From the NCBI GenBank assembly GCA_030390025.1, contig CM059433.1, positions 28,956,001 through 29,020,000 on the forward strand: a stretch of DNA of 64,000 bases. Reading direction: 5' to 3'. The position numbers and the translations under genes are program-made. Below the pieces are notes generated by a model, which worked only from the letters and a program-made list of their open reading frames with translations, searched no databases and had not been told where the DNA came from. This DNA is from Squalus acanthias (taxonomy: Eukaryota). Shown in pieces: positions 24,985-35,175 of this stretch; position 1 is the stretch's first letter, and each line of letters begins with the position of its first letter.

Positions 24985-25423
24985 ATGCTCAGCTCGAGAA
25001 ACAGCACCTCATCTTTAATTAGGCACTTTACAACCTTGCAGACTCAAAACTGAGTTCAACAACTTCAGATCTTAACCACTGCTCCCATTTTCCCGGAGAG
25101 CAAGTGCTGGTAATCATTCTGCTGTTGTCATTTACACCTCCTCTAGACCCATCTTTTGTTTCTTTATTGCCCCATTATCACCCCCTTTTGCCTTGCACCA
25201 TCATCCCTTTTGTCAGTTAATCTCTCCAGCCTTCCACTCTATCACAGACCTTCCCTTTTGTGCTTTCCTCCCCTGCCCCCTTTTCCCTGCCCCTGCACTT
25301 GCTTAAAAACTGTTAAATCTCTGTAATGAAAACAGAAAATGCTGGAAATACTCAGCAGGTCAGGCAGCATCTGTGGAGAGAGAAACAGAGTTAACGTTTC
25401 AGGTCGATGACCTTTCTGAACTG
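24985..25423 (+). mobile_element. Penelope-like element 3' fragment with an inverted terminal segment (25321-25423)
   Basis: LEKQHLIF*LGTLQPCRLKTEFNNFRS* matches the end of the GIY-YIG ORF at 28420. It is followed by a pyrimidine-rich UTR, then a minus-oriented terminal repeat with a damaged hammerhead. Confidence 0.8.
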
Positions 25424-26097
25424 CAAACTTCTCCGCAAACTTCTCTGCACTGCCACCTGCGATGCAGTTTTGAAGTGGATGAAGCATCACTCTGTTATTT
25501 CAACACACGCTGTTGACCTACATACAGAGAGGATGAATCCTGCTCAAACTCTGACGAATGCCTTTATTTTTTTTCATGGATTGAATGCTTCTGATATATG
25601 ATCACTTGAGTACCTCACTGAACCTAACCCTGCAAGCAAGGACCTTTAACTTCATCAATTCTGGCAGCAAAGCTTCAGCTGTGGTCTGAGTTTTCAGATC
25701 ATGTGTTTATGCCAACTTGGCATCGTCAATGTCAAAAGGTCATTCTCCCAAATGAAGCTCATTACAGGTTGGCAAGAATGGCCAGGAAACCATTGAAAGG
25801 GTACACTGCACGTTCGATTTCTGAACAATGACTCATTTCAGCTAGCGCTACCGTTAATTTTTTTTACCAATAAAACCCTCTAAGGAAATTTAGCGGCCCT
25901 GCACTCCCAATGTGGAACCAAGTTCAAAAGGAGCGTGGGTCGGAGATAGGGCTACAATGCTTTGACATGGCAAGGACTCCTCTTTCCTAGGGACAATGCT
26001 TAGTCTTCCATGTGGTGACCTGAATTCATTCAGATCCATCTCCAATGCAGTTGACAACTGCACCCGAGAGCTCCACATTCTTAAATTTGGGTTCCTC

Positions 26098-26365
26098 AAC
26101 AACAACAACTTGCATTTCTGTAGCACCTTTAACGTAGTAAAACATCCCAACGCGCCACTTCAGACAAATTTGGACACCAAGCCACATAAGGAGATATTCA
26201 GACAGGTGACCAAAAGCTTGACCAAAGAGGTAGGTTTTAAGGAGCGTCTTAAAGAAGGAGAGAGAGGTGGCGAGGAAGAGAGGTTTAGGACCTTAGGACC
26301 TAGGCAGCTGAAGGCACGGCCGCCAATGGTGGAGTGATGAAAATTGGAGATGTGCAAGAGGCCAA
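26098..26365 (-). mobile_element. L2 3' fragment
   Basis: (AAC)n tail and the STIGGRAFSCLGPK peptide. Confidence 0.8.
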
Positions 26366-26611
26366 ACATTTTCTTCAAATTGAAATGGATCCTATCTCTT
26401 GCCCTTTACTAGTTAAATATTTTCAGTATCTTTAAGACTCTGGATTAAAACGTTGTTCTTTTAGGAGATCACATATCTGAAATGTGCCGGCGAGCTGGAT
26501 CGAGACGCCTGTTTGGCGGCCATAGCTCATGACTTCTATCATAATGAGGCCCGTGTTGGATAAGAACTTCGGGTGATTGGAATAGAAAAGGTTAAACAAG
26601 GCGGATGAACT

Positions 26612-27150
26612 AATAGAATCATAGAATCATACAGCACAGAAAGAGGCCATTTGGCCCTTCGTGCCTCTCCCCTACTCTTTCCCCATAGCCCTGCAATTTT
26701 TTTCCCCCTTCAAGTATTTATCCAATTCCCTTTTGAAAGTTATTACTGAATCTGCTTCCACCACTCTTTCAGGCAGTGTATTCCAGATCATAACAACTCC
26801 CTGCATTGGATCCCGCAGACCTTTTTAACTGCCTTATCAACTTGTTCTGCAACCTTGAAAGGTTTGTGTACATTAACCCCCAGGTCTCTGTTCCTGTGTA
26901 CATTAACCCCCAGGTCTCTGTTCCTGTGTACATACACCCCCAGGTCTCTGTTCCTGCAACCCCTTTAAAATTGTACCATTTTGTTCATATTGCCTCTCCT
27001 TATTCTTCCTTCCAAAATGCATCACTTCACACTTCCCTGCATTAAATTGTATCTGCCATGTGTCTGCCCATTTCACCAGTCTCTGTCCTCCTGAAATCCA
27101 CTACTCGTCTCCTCACTGTTTACTACATTTCCGAGTTTCGTGCCATCTGG
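26612..27150 (-). mobile_element. CR1 fragment containing a 3x30-bp tandem repeat (26865-26956)
   Basis: CR1 tail ATAGAATCATAGAATCATACAGCAC; repeat unit GTGTACATTAACCCCCAGGTCTCTGTTCCT. Confidence 0.75.
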
Positions 27151-27801
27151 TGAAGTTTGCTAGTGTAGTACGGCCAATGGTTTGTTTCTACATAACGTAA
27201 TGAAATTCATGTAAAAGCTTGGGAAACAAACACCTGGTGTGACGTGCTGATAGTCACATAACATTGATACGAAAGGGTATAAACGTCGCAGGTAACTAGG
27301 AGCGGCGCTACGTTGAATCCTCCAGAGAGCAAGAGATCATGTTGTGAGTGTGATCACTGTTAGGTAAGGTTGTCCCATGATGAGTGGGATTAGTGTGAGG
27401 CCCTCTTACCACTAATGAAATGTTCCTGCTTTGCTGCTATACTAGAAGTCTGTCATAAATAAAAGATTGAAATTGATTTTTGGAGCACGTGCATGTGTGA
27501 TCCTGTCCAACTTGACAGGGCTTGAACCCAAATTGTAGTTAGGGACACAGAACATCAATTAGCTATAGGGTTGCCAACCCTCCAGGATTGCCCTGGAGTC
27601 TCCAGGAATTACAGATTAATCTCCAGGTCACTGCTGCAAGCAACTCAGGAGAAAAATCACGGAGGCAGTCAAAAAAATTGTGTGATTTTAAAATTTTTCT
27701 TTTAAACGCTTCCATTTATTAGTTATAAAAATACTGGAGACGGGATAAAAAGGCTGTTTGACTGACAGTCCAGCATCATCCAATCGAGTAATTAAGGGTC
27801 T

Positions 27802-28420
27802 TCACCTTGTCCTCACCTTTCACCCCACCAGCCTCCACATTCAACGGATCATCCTCCGCCATTTCCGCCACCTCCAGCGTGATCCCACCACCAAACACAT
27901 CTTCCCCTCACCTCCCCTTTCAGCATTCCGCAGGGACCGCTCCCTCCGCGACACCCTAGTCCACTCCTCTACCACCCCCAGCACCCCTTCCCCTTCGCCC
28001 GGCACCTTCCCGTGCACGCGCAGGAGATGCAACACATGCCCTTACACCTCCCCTCTTCCCACTGTCCAGGGCCCCAAACACCCCTTCCAGGTGAAACAGC
28101 GATTTACTTGTACTTCCTGCAATTTAGTATACTGTATTCGCTGCTCACGATGTGGTCTCCTCTACATTGGGGAGACCAAACGCAGATTGGGTGACCGCTT
28201 TGCGGAACACCTCCGTTCAGTCCGTAAGGGGGACCCCGAGCTCCCGGTGGCCTGTCACTTTAATTCACCGCTTCACTCCCACTCTGACCTCACCGTCCTC
28301 GGCCTATTACACTGTTCCACGGAAGCGCAGCGTAAGCTCGAGGAACAGCACCTCATCTTTCGTTTAGGCACGCTACAGCCCTCTGGACTCAATATCGAGT
28401 TCAACAATTTTAGATCATAA
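27802..28420 (+). pseudogene. Penelope-like C-terminal Cys linker plus GIY-YIG endonuclease, open frame but 5'-truncated (no RT)
   Basis: CTRRRCNTC linker, VYCIRCSRCGLLYIGETKRRLGDRFAEH, ending RKLEEQHLIFRLGTLQPSGLN. Confidence 0.9.
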
Positions 28421-28701
28421 CCTCAGCTCCAATCACATTTATATTTTATTTTTTCCACCCTTTTATTTGCCCCCCCCCCCCACCTTTTTTTTTCCTCCTA
28501 GAAGCTGACAGCTGTCCTTCATTCTGCCAGTGGATTTCACACTTCTTTCAGCCTTAATCTGTCACATTAACACCACCTCTAGCCTTGCATATCTCTTAAT
28601 GTCTCTTAATGTCTCTTCATCTCCCCCTTTGTTCTTTTATCCCCTCCACCTTTTCCCAGCTTTACTCTGGCCTTAAATCTATTTGATTTCCGGCTCTTCA
28701 C

Positions 28702-28738
28702 AGTTCTGACGAAAGGTCATCGACCTGAAACGTTAACT
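28702..28738 (+). ncRNA. Minimal type I hammerhead ribozyme motif of a Penelope-like element
   Basis: AGTT-CTGACGA-A-AGGTC(ATC)GACCT-GAAA-CGT-T-AACT: intact CUGANGA and GAAA core, 5-bp stem II, palindromic ACGT stem III, 4-bp stem I. Confidence 0.8.
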
Positions 28739-30072
28739 CTCTTTCTCTCTCCACGGATGCTGCCTGGCCTGCTGAGTTTTTCCAGCGTTTTCTGTTGTTA
28801 TTTCAGATTTCCAGCATCCGCAGTATTTTGCTATCGTATCTAATTAAGGGTCTGTTGGCTTTCCAATTGGCCTGGGAAGGCGGGACACCGTGAGGATGGA
28901 CATGTCGGGTGACCAATGGCTGACGCGTTGGGCGGTGCGATTGGAGGCAGGAGGTCATGTGATGAAACCTCCAGGAATATGGCCAACCAGAGTTGGCAAC
29001 TGTATTTGGCTAACACCCTGGGGTAGAGTTTCCGCTTTGCGCGCAATCAGCGATCTGGGCGCAAATTGCACCCAAAATTATACCCGTTTCGAAAAGTGTC
29101 TTTTTCCCCCTTGAGTTTCTGCTCGAACTCATTTGCATATCAGCAAATGCAAAACCTGTGCCATGAACCAGCACAATCAGGCAGCGTTTTAGAAAGTCAT
29201 TTTCTTTTATATTTGTTTTAAAAGGTATTCCTCGATATATTTAAGAGCGGTAACCTGGTGCCGTTTGATTAATACAGCTGAAAACGGGTTTATCAAAAAA
29301 ATATGTATTTTTAATCACAGTGTCGATCCACCACCTGTGAGCAACCAGATTTTAAACGACTGATAATGACTTTTGAAAAAATATACAGAACCATTTGCTA
29401 GTTATACTGGGGTACAGTAATCAGTTTTGTAGTAAATTAAAAAAAAAATGAATTCAAAGCCTTTCAAAACATTCCTATTAAGTGTCCTTGCGCCCAAAAG
29501 ATCCAGCTTAATTTTTGAAGCCTCCTGGAAGGCCAGGAAATGAGCGCAATTAGTGCAAACTCGCCATGGTGATTAATTCGATCTGGGGGCGTGGGCAGTT
29601 TTGTGGGTGGGGCCGGCTTCTAGCGCATTGTTTTTAAAACTAGCGCAAAAGATCGCAGAAACAGTGCGTAATTTGCGCTTAAAATTCCGCAATCATTTCT
29701 GAGGGTTATGCCGATATTGGGCGAATTGCACTGAAATAAACCAGTGCAACCGAGCGGAAGCGATCCAGGCCCCGATGCTGAATTTGGCTCGAGCCTCAGA
29801 TCAGCATGCAGAACAATCACTCCGGCAACTTGCTCCTTGTTTTAAGAACATAAGAAATAGGAGCAGGAGTAGGCCATTTGGCCCTTCGAGCCTGCTCCGC
29901 CATTCAATAAAATCATGGCTGATCTTCTACCTCATCTCCACTTTCCTGCACTATCCCCATATCCCTTAATATTTAAAAATCTATCGATCTCTGTCTTGAA
30001 TATACTCAATGACTAAGCCTCCACAGCCCTCTGGGGTAGAGAATTCCAAAGATTCACCACCCTTTGAGTGAA

Positions 30073-32190
30073 AGGTAGCAAAATCTGGTGGGAGGACAGA
30101 GGATTGGGAAAACTTTAAAAGGCAGCAAAAAATAACAAAAAGATTGATTAAGAAAGGGAAGATAGATTATGAAAGTAAATTAGCAAAAAATATAAAAACA
30201 GATAGTAAGAGTTTTTATAGTTATATAAAAAGAAAAAGGGTGGCTAAAGTAAATGTTGGTCCCTTAGAGGATGAGACCGGGAAATTAATGGTGGGAAATA
30301 TGGAGATGGCAAAAACACTGAATGAATATTTTGTATCAGTCTTTACAGTAGAGGACACTAAGAATATCCCAACACTGGACAAACAGGGGGCTATAGGGGG
30401 AGAGGAGCTAAACACGATCAAAATCACTAAGGAAGTGGTACTCGGTAAAATAATGGGACTCAAGGCGGATAAATCACCTGGACCTGATGGCTTACATCCT
30501 AGAGTCTTGAAGGAAGTGGCGGTAGGGATTGTAGATGCATTGGTAATAATTTTTCAAAACTCCCTGGATTCCGCTAAGGTCCCGGCAGACTGGAAAACTG
30601 CTAATGTAACACCCTTATTTAAAAAGGGCAGTAGACAGAAGGCTGGTAACTATAGACCGGTTAGCCTAACATCTGTGGTAGGTAAAATTTTGGAGTCCAT
30701 TATTAAGGAAACAGTAACAGGACATTTGGATAATCATAATTTAATAGGACAAAGTCAGCATGGTTTTACGAAGGGGAAGTCATGTTTGACAAATTTGCTG
30801 GAGTTCTTTGAGGAAGTAACATATAGAGTGGATAAAGGGGAACCAGTGGACGTAGTGTATTTAGACTTCCAAAAGGCATTTGACAAGGTGCCACACAAAA
30901 GATTATTGCTTAAGGTAAAAAATCACGGGATTGGGGGTAATATTCTGGCATGGATAGAGGATTGGCTATCTAACAGAAAGCAAAGAGTTAGGATAAATGG
31001 TTCATTCTCAGACTGGCAATCAGTAACTAGTGGTGTTCCACAGGGGTCAGTGCTGGGTCCCCAACTCTTTACAATCTATATTAACGATTTGGAGGAAGGG
31101 ACCAAGTGTAACATATCAAAATTTGCAGATGATACAAAGATGGGAGGGAAAGTAGTGAGTGAGGAGGACATAAAAAACCTGCAAGGAGACATAGATAGGC
31201 TAAGTAAGTGGGCAGAGATTTGGCAGATGGAATACAACACTGGAAAGTGTGAGGTGATGCACTTTGGCAGGAAAAATCCTAGAGCAATTTATTATCTTAA
31301 TGGCAAGAAACTGGAGAGTACTGAAGTGCAAAGGGATCTGGGGGTCCTGGTGCACGAAACTCAAAAGGTTAGTATGCAGGTGCAGCAAGTGATTAAGAAG
31401 GCCAATGGAATGTTGGCTTTCATTGCTAAGGGGATAGAATATAAAAATAGGGAGGTATTGCTTCAGTTGTACAAGGTATTGGTGAGACCGCACCTGGAAT
31501 ACTGCATACAGTTTTGGTGTCCTTACTTAAAGAAAGACATCCTTGCTCTCGAGGCAGTGCAAAAAAGGTTCACTCGGTTAATCCCGGGGATGAGGGGGTG
31601 GTCATATGAGGAGAGGTTGGGTAGATTGGGACTCTACTCATTGGAGTTCAGAAGAATGAGAGGCGATCTTATTGAAACATATAAGATTGTGAAGGGGTTG
31701 GATCGGGTGGATGCGGGGAGGATGTTCCCGATGACGGGTGAGACTAGAACTAGGGGACATAGTCTTAGAATAAGGGGCTGCTCTTTCAAAACTGAGATGA
31801 GGAGGAACTACTTCACTCAGAGGGTGGTAGGTCCATGGAATATGCTGCCACGAAAAGCTGTAGAAGCTACATCATTAAATAAATTTAAAACAGAAATAGA
31901 CAGTTTCCTAGAAGTAAAGGGCATTAAGGGTTACGGGGAGCGGGCAGGAATTTGGACATGAGTCTAGGTTCGGATCGGTCATGGTCCTGTGGGTAGTGGA
32001 GCGGGCCCAGGGACCGTGTAGCCTGATTCTGCTCCTATTTCGTGTGTGCAATTCTGTTAGATGCAGGAGATGGTTCTGTGATAGATAGTAGATTGGCGGT
32101 TAGGATCAGATCAGCCATGATCTTATTGAATGGCGGAGCAGGCTCGAGGGGCCGATTGGACTACTCCTGCTCCTATTTCTTATGTTCTTA
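30073..32190 (+). mobile_element. Young 5'-truncated CR1 LINE
   Basis: Uninterrupted ORF2, tail TTCTTATGTTCTTATG, short TGAA duplication or microhomology at the junctions. Confidence 0.95.
30075..31961 (+). CDS. CR1 ORF2 reverse transcriptase, 5'-truncated open frame
   Basis: [36 protein letters not shown] and FADD motifs. No stop from 30075 to 31961; no endonuclease domain or native start. Confidence 0.9.
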   Translation, partial: VAKSGGRTEDWENFKRQQKITKRLIKKGKIDYESKLAKNIKTDSKSFYSYIKRKRVAKVNVGPLEDETGKLMVGNMEMAKTLNEYFVSVFTVEDTKNIPTLDKQGAIGGEELNTIKITKEVVLGKIMGLKADKSPGPDGLHPRVLKEVAVGIVDALVIIFQNSLDSAKVPADWKTANVTPLFKKGSRQKAGNYRPVSLTSVVGKILESIIKETVTGHLDNHNLIGQSQHGFTKGKSCLTNLLEFFEEVTYRVDKGEPVDVVYLDFQKAFDKVPHKRLLLKVKNHGIGGNILAWIEDWLSNRKQRVRINGSFSDWQSVTSGVPQGSVLGPQLFTIYINDLEEGTKCNISKFADDTKMGGKVVSEEDIKNLQGDIDRLSKWAEIWQMEYNTGKCEVMHFGRKNPRAIYYLNGKKLESTEVQRDLGVLVHETQKVSMQVQQVIKKANGMLAFIAKGIEYKNREVLLQLYKVLVRPHLEYCIQFWCPYLKKDILALEAVQKRFTRLIPGMRGWSYEERLGRLGLYSLEFRRMRGDLIETYKIVKGLDRVDAGRMFPMTGETRTRGHSLRIRGCSFKTEMRRNYFTQRVVGPWNMLPRKAVEATSLNKFKTEIDSFLEVKGIKGYGERAGIWT

Positions 32191-33477
32191 TGAAGATATT
32201 TCTCCTCATCTCAGTCCTAAATGGCCGACCCCTTATTCTGAGACTGTGACCCCTGGTTCTAGACTCCCCAGCCAGGGGAAACATCCTCCCTGCATCTACC
32301 CTGTCAAGCCCTGTAAGAATTTTGTGTGTTTTAATGAGATCACCTCATATTCCTCTAAACTCTAGAGAATATAGGCCTAGTCTACTCAATCTGTCCTCAT
32401 AGGACAATCCCCCCATCCCAGGAACCAGTCTGGTGAACCTTTGTTGCACTCCCTCTATGGCAAGTATATCCTTCATTAGGTAAGGAGACCAAAACTGTGC
32501 ACAATACTCCAGGTGTGGTCTCACCAGGGCCCTATATAATTGCAGTAAGACGACTTTACTCTTATACTCAAATCCTCTTGTAATAAAGGCCAACATACCA
32601 TTTGCTTTCCTAATTGCTTGCTGTACCTGCATGTTAACTTTCAGTGATTTTGAGAGCAAGTCGAATTTCTATCCCCGCCTCCCCTTTCCCCGTATAAAGA
32701 GAAGCCCGATATCACAGTGCGCTGCACATCCTTTTTCTTCTTGGCATTGCTGCACTGGGCAAAAGCGGCAATTCAGGCAACATGCCAGCAACCGGTGGCC
32801 TCTCACTGCTGCATCCTCCGTATCCTTCATATGTTTTTCTACAATACTTACATAAAACAGAATAAATTTGGGGTATTTTTGGAAGAAGTTCATGCACGGA
32901 ACAAAAGGTCAGAATTTCTTCACTGGGGCACAATACAGGGACTATCACAGCATTACAAATTTGGACTGTACCATCTATTGCGAGTCTGTTCTCTTGAGAT
33001 GGAAAAGTACTGGGTAAATAAAGATAGGATTGCCACTCATACTATGCAAAGTTGAAGTTCCATGGTATAGGAAAGAAATTAGGAAATAAACCTGTGCTTT
33101 GGGTATTGAGAATTGATGCAATTTAAAGCAGATATTGTTACAGGTGTATGGAGCCAACAGGAATCTCTTTAAATAAATAACTGCTTGCTCGGGGAGCTCC
33201 AAGCTACCCAGTGCACTTTCCATTGTGTCTACACAAACCGCACAATCTCAGTAAAGATCCGTATGTGCTATATAATGCTGCGTTAAATGTCAAACAAAAC
33301 AAGACTGCCTGTTGAGAAGTAGAATTAGCAATGCAATGCCTGTTGCACTGAAGAAAGATTGATGGCTTTATTATAAATGATGTGACCAGTGATTGGAAGA
33401 TGCAAACCATTAAAAACTTACCAGCACAAGTAGAATTTTCAAGAATTGACGTCAGTGCATGTAGTTTTGCCTGTTCA

Positions 33478-33793
33478 AGATTTCTGCGCTCTTCAATTCT
33501 GGCCTCTTGCACCCACCCGATTTTAATCGCTCCACCATTGGCGGCCATGCTATCAGTTGCCTCGGCTCTAAGCTCTGGAATTCCCTCCCTAAACCTCTCC
33601 GCCTCTCTCCCTCTCTTTCCTCCTTTAAGATGCTTCTAAAACCTACCACTTTGGCCAGGCTTTTGGTCATCTGCCCTAATATCTCCCAATGTGGCTTGGT
33701 ATCAAATTTTGTTTGATAACACTCCTGTGAAGTGCTTTGGGACATTTTACTATGTTAAAGGCGCTATATAAATGCAAGTTGTTGTTGTTGTTG
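33478..33793 (+). mobile_element. L2 3' fragment with (GTT)n tail
   Basis: Same 3' sequence and tail as 3603-4105. Confidence 0.85.
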
Positions 33794-33924
33794 ATCACCT
33801 TCTAGCTGAAGTCATACTTGACCAAAAAAAAACTACAAATAATTTAGAGAACATTTGGATTCTTTGGTGATGGTGAATTGCGTTTAAGCCCTGCGTCTGC
33901 ATCTGCAACTCTGTAGGTTTCTAA

Positions 33925-34325
33925 GTGTAAGTCTACTGTGCACAGTTCTGGTCTCCGTATTACAGAAAGGACATAGAGGCACTGGAGAAGGTGCAAAATA
34001 ACATTTAAAGGATGATACCAGAACTGAGAGGTTATAATTATCAGGAAAGGCTGAACAGGCTGGGGCTTTTTTCTCTAGAAATGCAAAGGCTGAGGGGTGA
34101 CCTGATAGAGGTCTTTAAAGTGATGAAAGGGTTCAATAGGGTAGACGTACAGAAAATGTCTTAACTTGTGGGGAAAGAGAAAAAAAAGACGTACATTTCT
34201 ATAGCGCCTTTCACAACCACTGGACATCCCAAAGGGCTTTACAGCCAATGAAGTACTTTTTGAAGTGCAGTCACTGTTGTAATGTACGAAATGCGGCAGC
34301 CAATTTGCGCACAGCAAGCTCCCAT
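33925..34325. mobile_element. CR1 fragment (+, ~33925-34170) and Deu-type SINE 3' part (-, ~34185-34325)
   Basis: YCAQFWSPYYRKDIEALEKVQ coding remnant, then the reverse complement of the SINE tail at 59035-59180. Confidence 0.7.
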
Positions 34326-34389
34326 CGTTGGGTCTGTGCAGAGGTCAGGGGATCTGTTGGTGGCCAGTGGGGGGAAGATCGAGGATCGA

Positions 34390-35143
34390 AAGGGGAGAGA
34401 GAGGGAATCGGAGGGGGGAGAGAGAGAGAGAGACTGGGGAGAGAGAGAGACTGGGGAGAGAGAGAGAGACTGGGGGAGAGAGAGACTGGGGAGAGAGAGA
34501 GACTGGGGAGAGAGTGACTGGGGGAGAGAGAGACTGGGGAGAGAGACTGGGGAGAGAGAGAGAGACTGGGGGAGAGAGAGACGGGGGAGAGAGAGAGACT
34601 GGGGGAGAGAGAGAGAGAGAGAGACGGGGGGGAGAGAGAGAGAGAGACTGGGGAGAGAGAGAGACTGGGGAGAGAGAGAGAGACTGGGGAGAGAGAGACT
34701 GGGGAGAGAGAGAGAGACTGGGGGAGAGAGAGAGAGACTGGAGAGAGAGAGACTGGGGAAAAGTGGGACTGGGGGAGAGAGAGAGAGAGAGACACTGGGG
34801 GAAAGAGAAACTGGGGAGAGAGAGACTGGGGGTGAGAGAGACTGGGGAGAGAGAGACTGGGGGTGAGAGAGACTGGGGAGAGAGAGACTGGGGAGAGAAA
34901 GACTGGGGAGAAAGAGACTGGGGAGAGAGAGTCTGGGGAGAGAGAGACTGGGGAGAGAGAGACTGGGGAGAGAGAGACTGGGGAGAGAGAAAGAGAGAGA
35001 GACTGGGAAGAGAGAGACTGGGGAGAGAGAGAGACTGGGGAGAGAGAGACTGGGGAGAGAGAGAGACTGGGGAGCGAGAGAGACTGGGGAGAGAAAGACT
35101 GGGGAGAGAGAGAGAGAGAGACTGGGAAGAGAGAGAGACTGCG

Positions 35144-35175
<32 letters not shown>

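Larger units (their letters stand above)
27802..28840 (+). mobile_element. 5'-truncated Penelope-like retroelement (GIY-YIG type, Neptune-like)
   Basis: Flanked by a perfect 13-bp TSD TAATTAAGGGTCT (27789-27801, 28841-28853). Contains a GIY-YIG ORF end and a hammerhead motif. Confidence 0.9.
27566..29004 (+). mobile_element. hAT-type MITE hosting a Penelope-like insertion
   Basis: TIR TAGGGTTGCCAAC / GTTGGCAACTGTA, degenerate 8-bp TSD ATTAGCTA / TTTGGCTA, homologous to 60915-61305. Confidence 0.85.
29843..32650 (-). mobile_element. CR1 3' fragment (29843-30072 and 32191-32650) split by a younger CR1
   Basis: Tail TAAGAACATAAGAAATAGGAGC. ORF 32345-32659 is CR1 RT C-terminal. The sequence is continuous across the insertion (GAGTGAA|GATATTTCTCCTC). 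Confidence 0.85.
29020..32675. mobile_element. Probable Harbinger-type MITE interrupted by nested CR1s
   Basis: Left end GGGGTAGAGTTT, right end AATTTCTATCCCC at ~32663-32675. ACTTGCTC and GAGCAAGT lie on either side of the CR1 block. Confidence 0.5.

Noticed and set aside
27758..27801. ORF-track start of the GIY-YIG protein
   Set aside because: It lies in the host MITE and TSD with a TTG start, so it is not the element's real N-terminus. There is no evidence for a domesticated gene.
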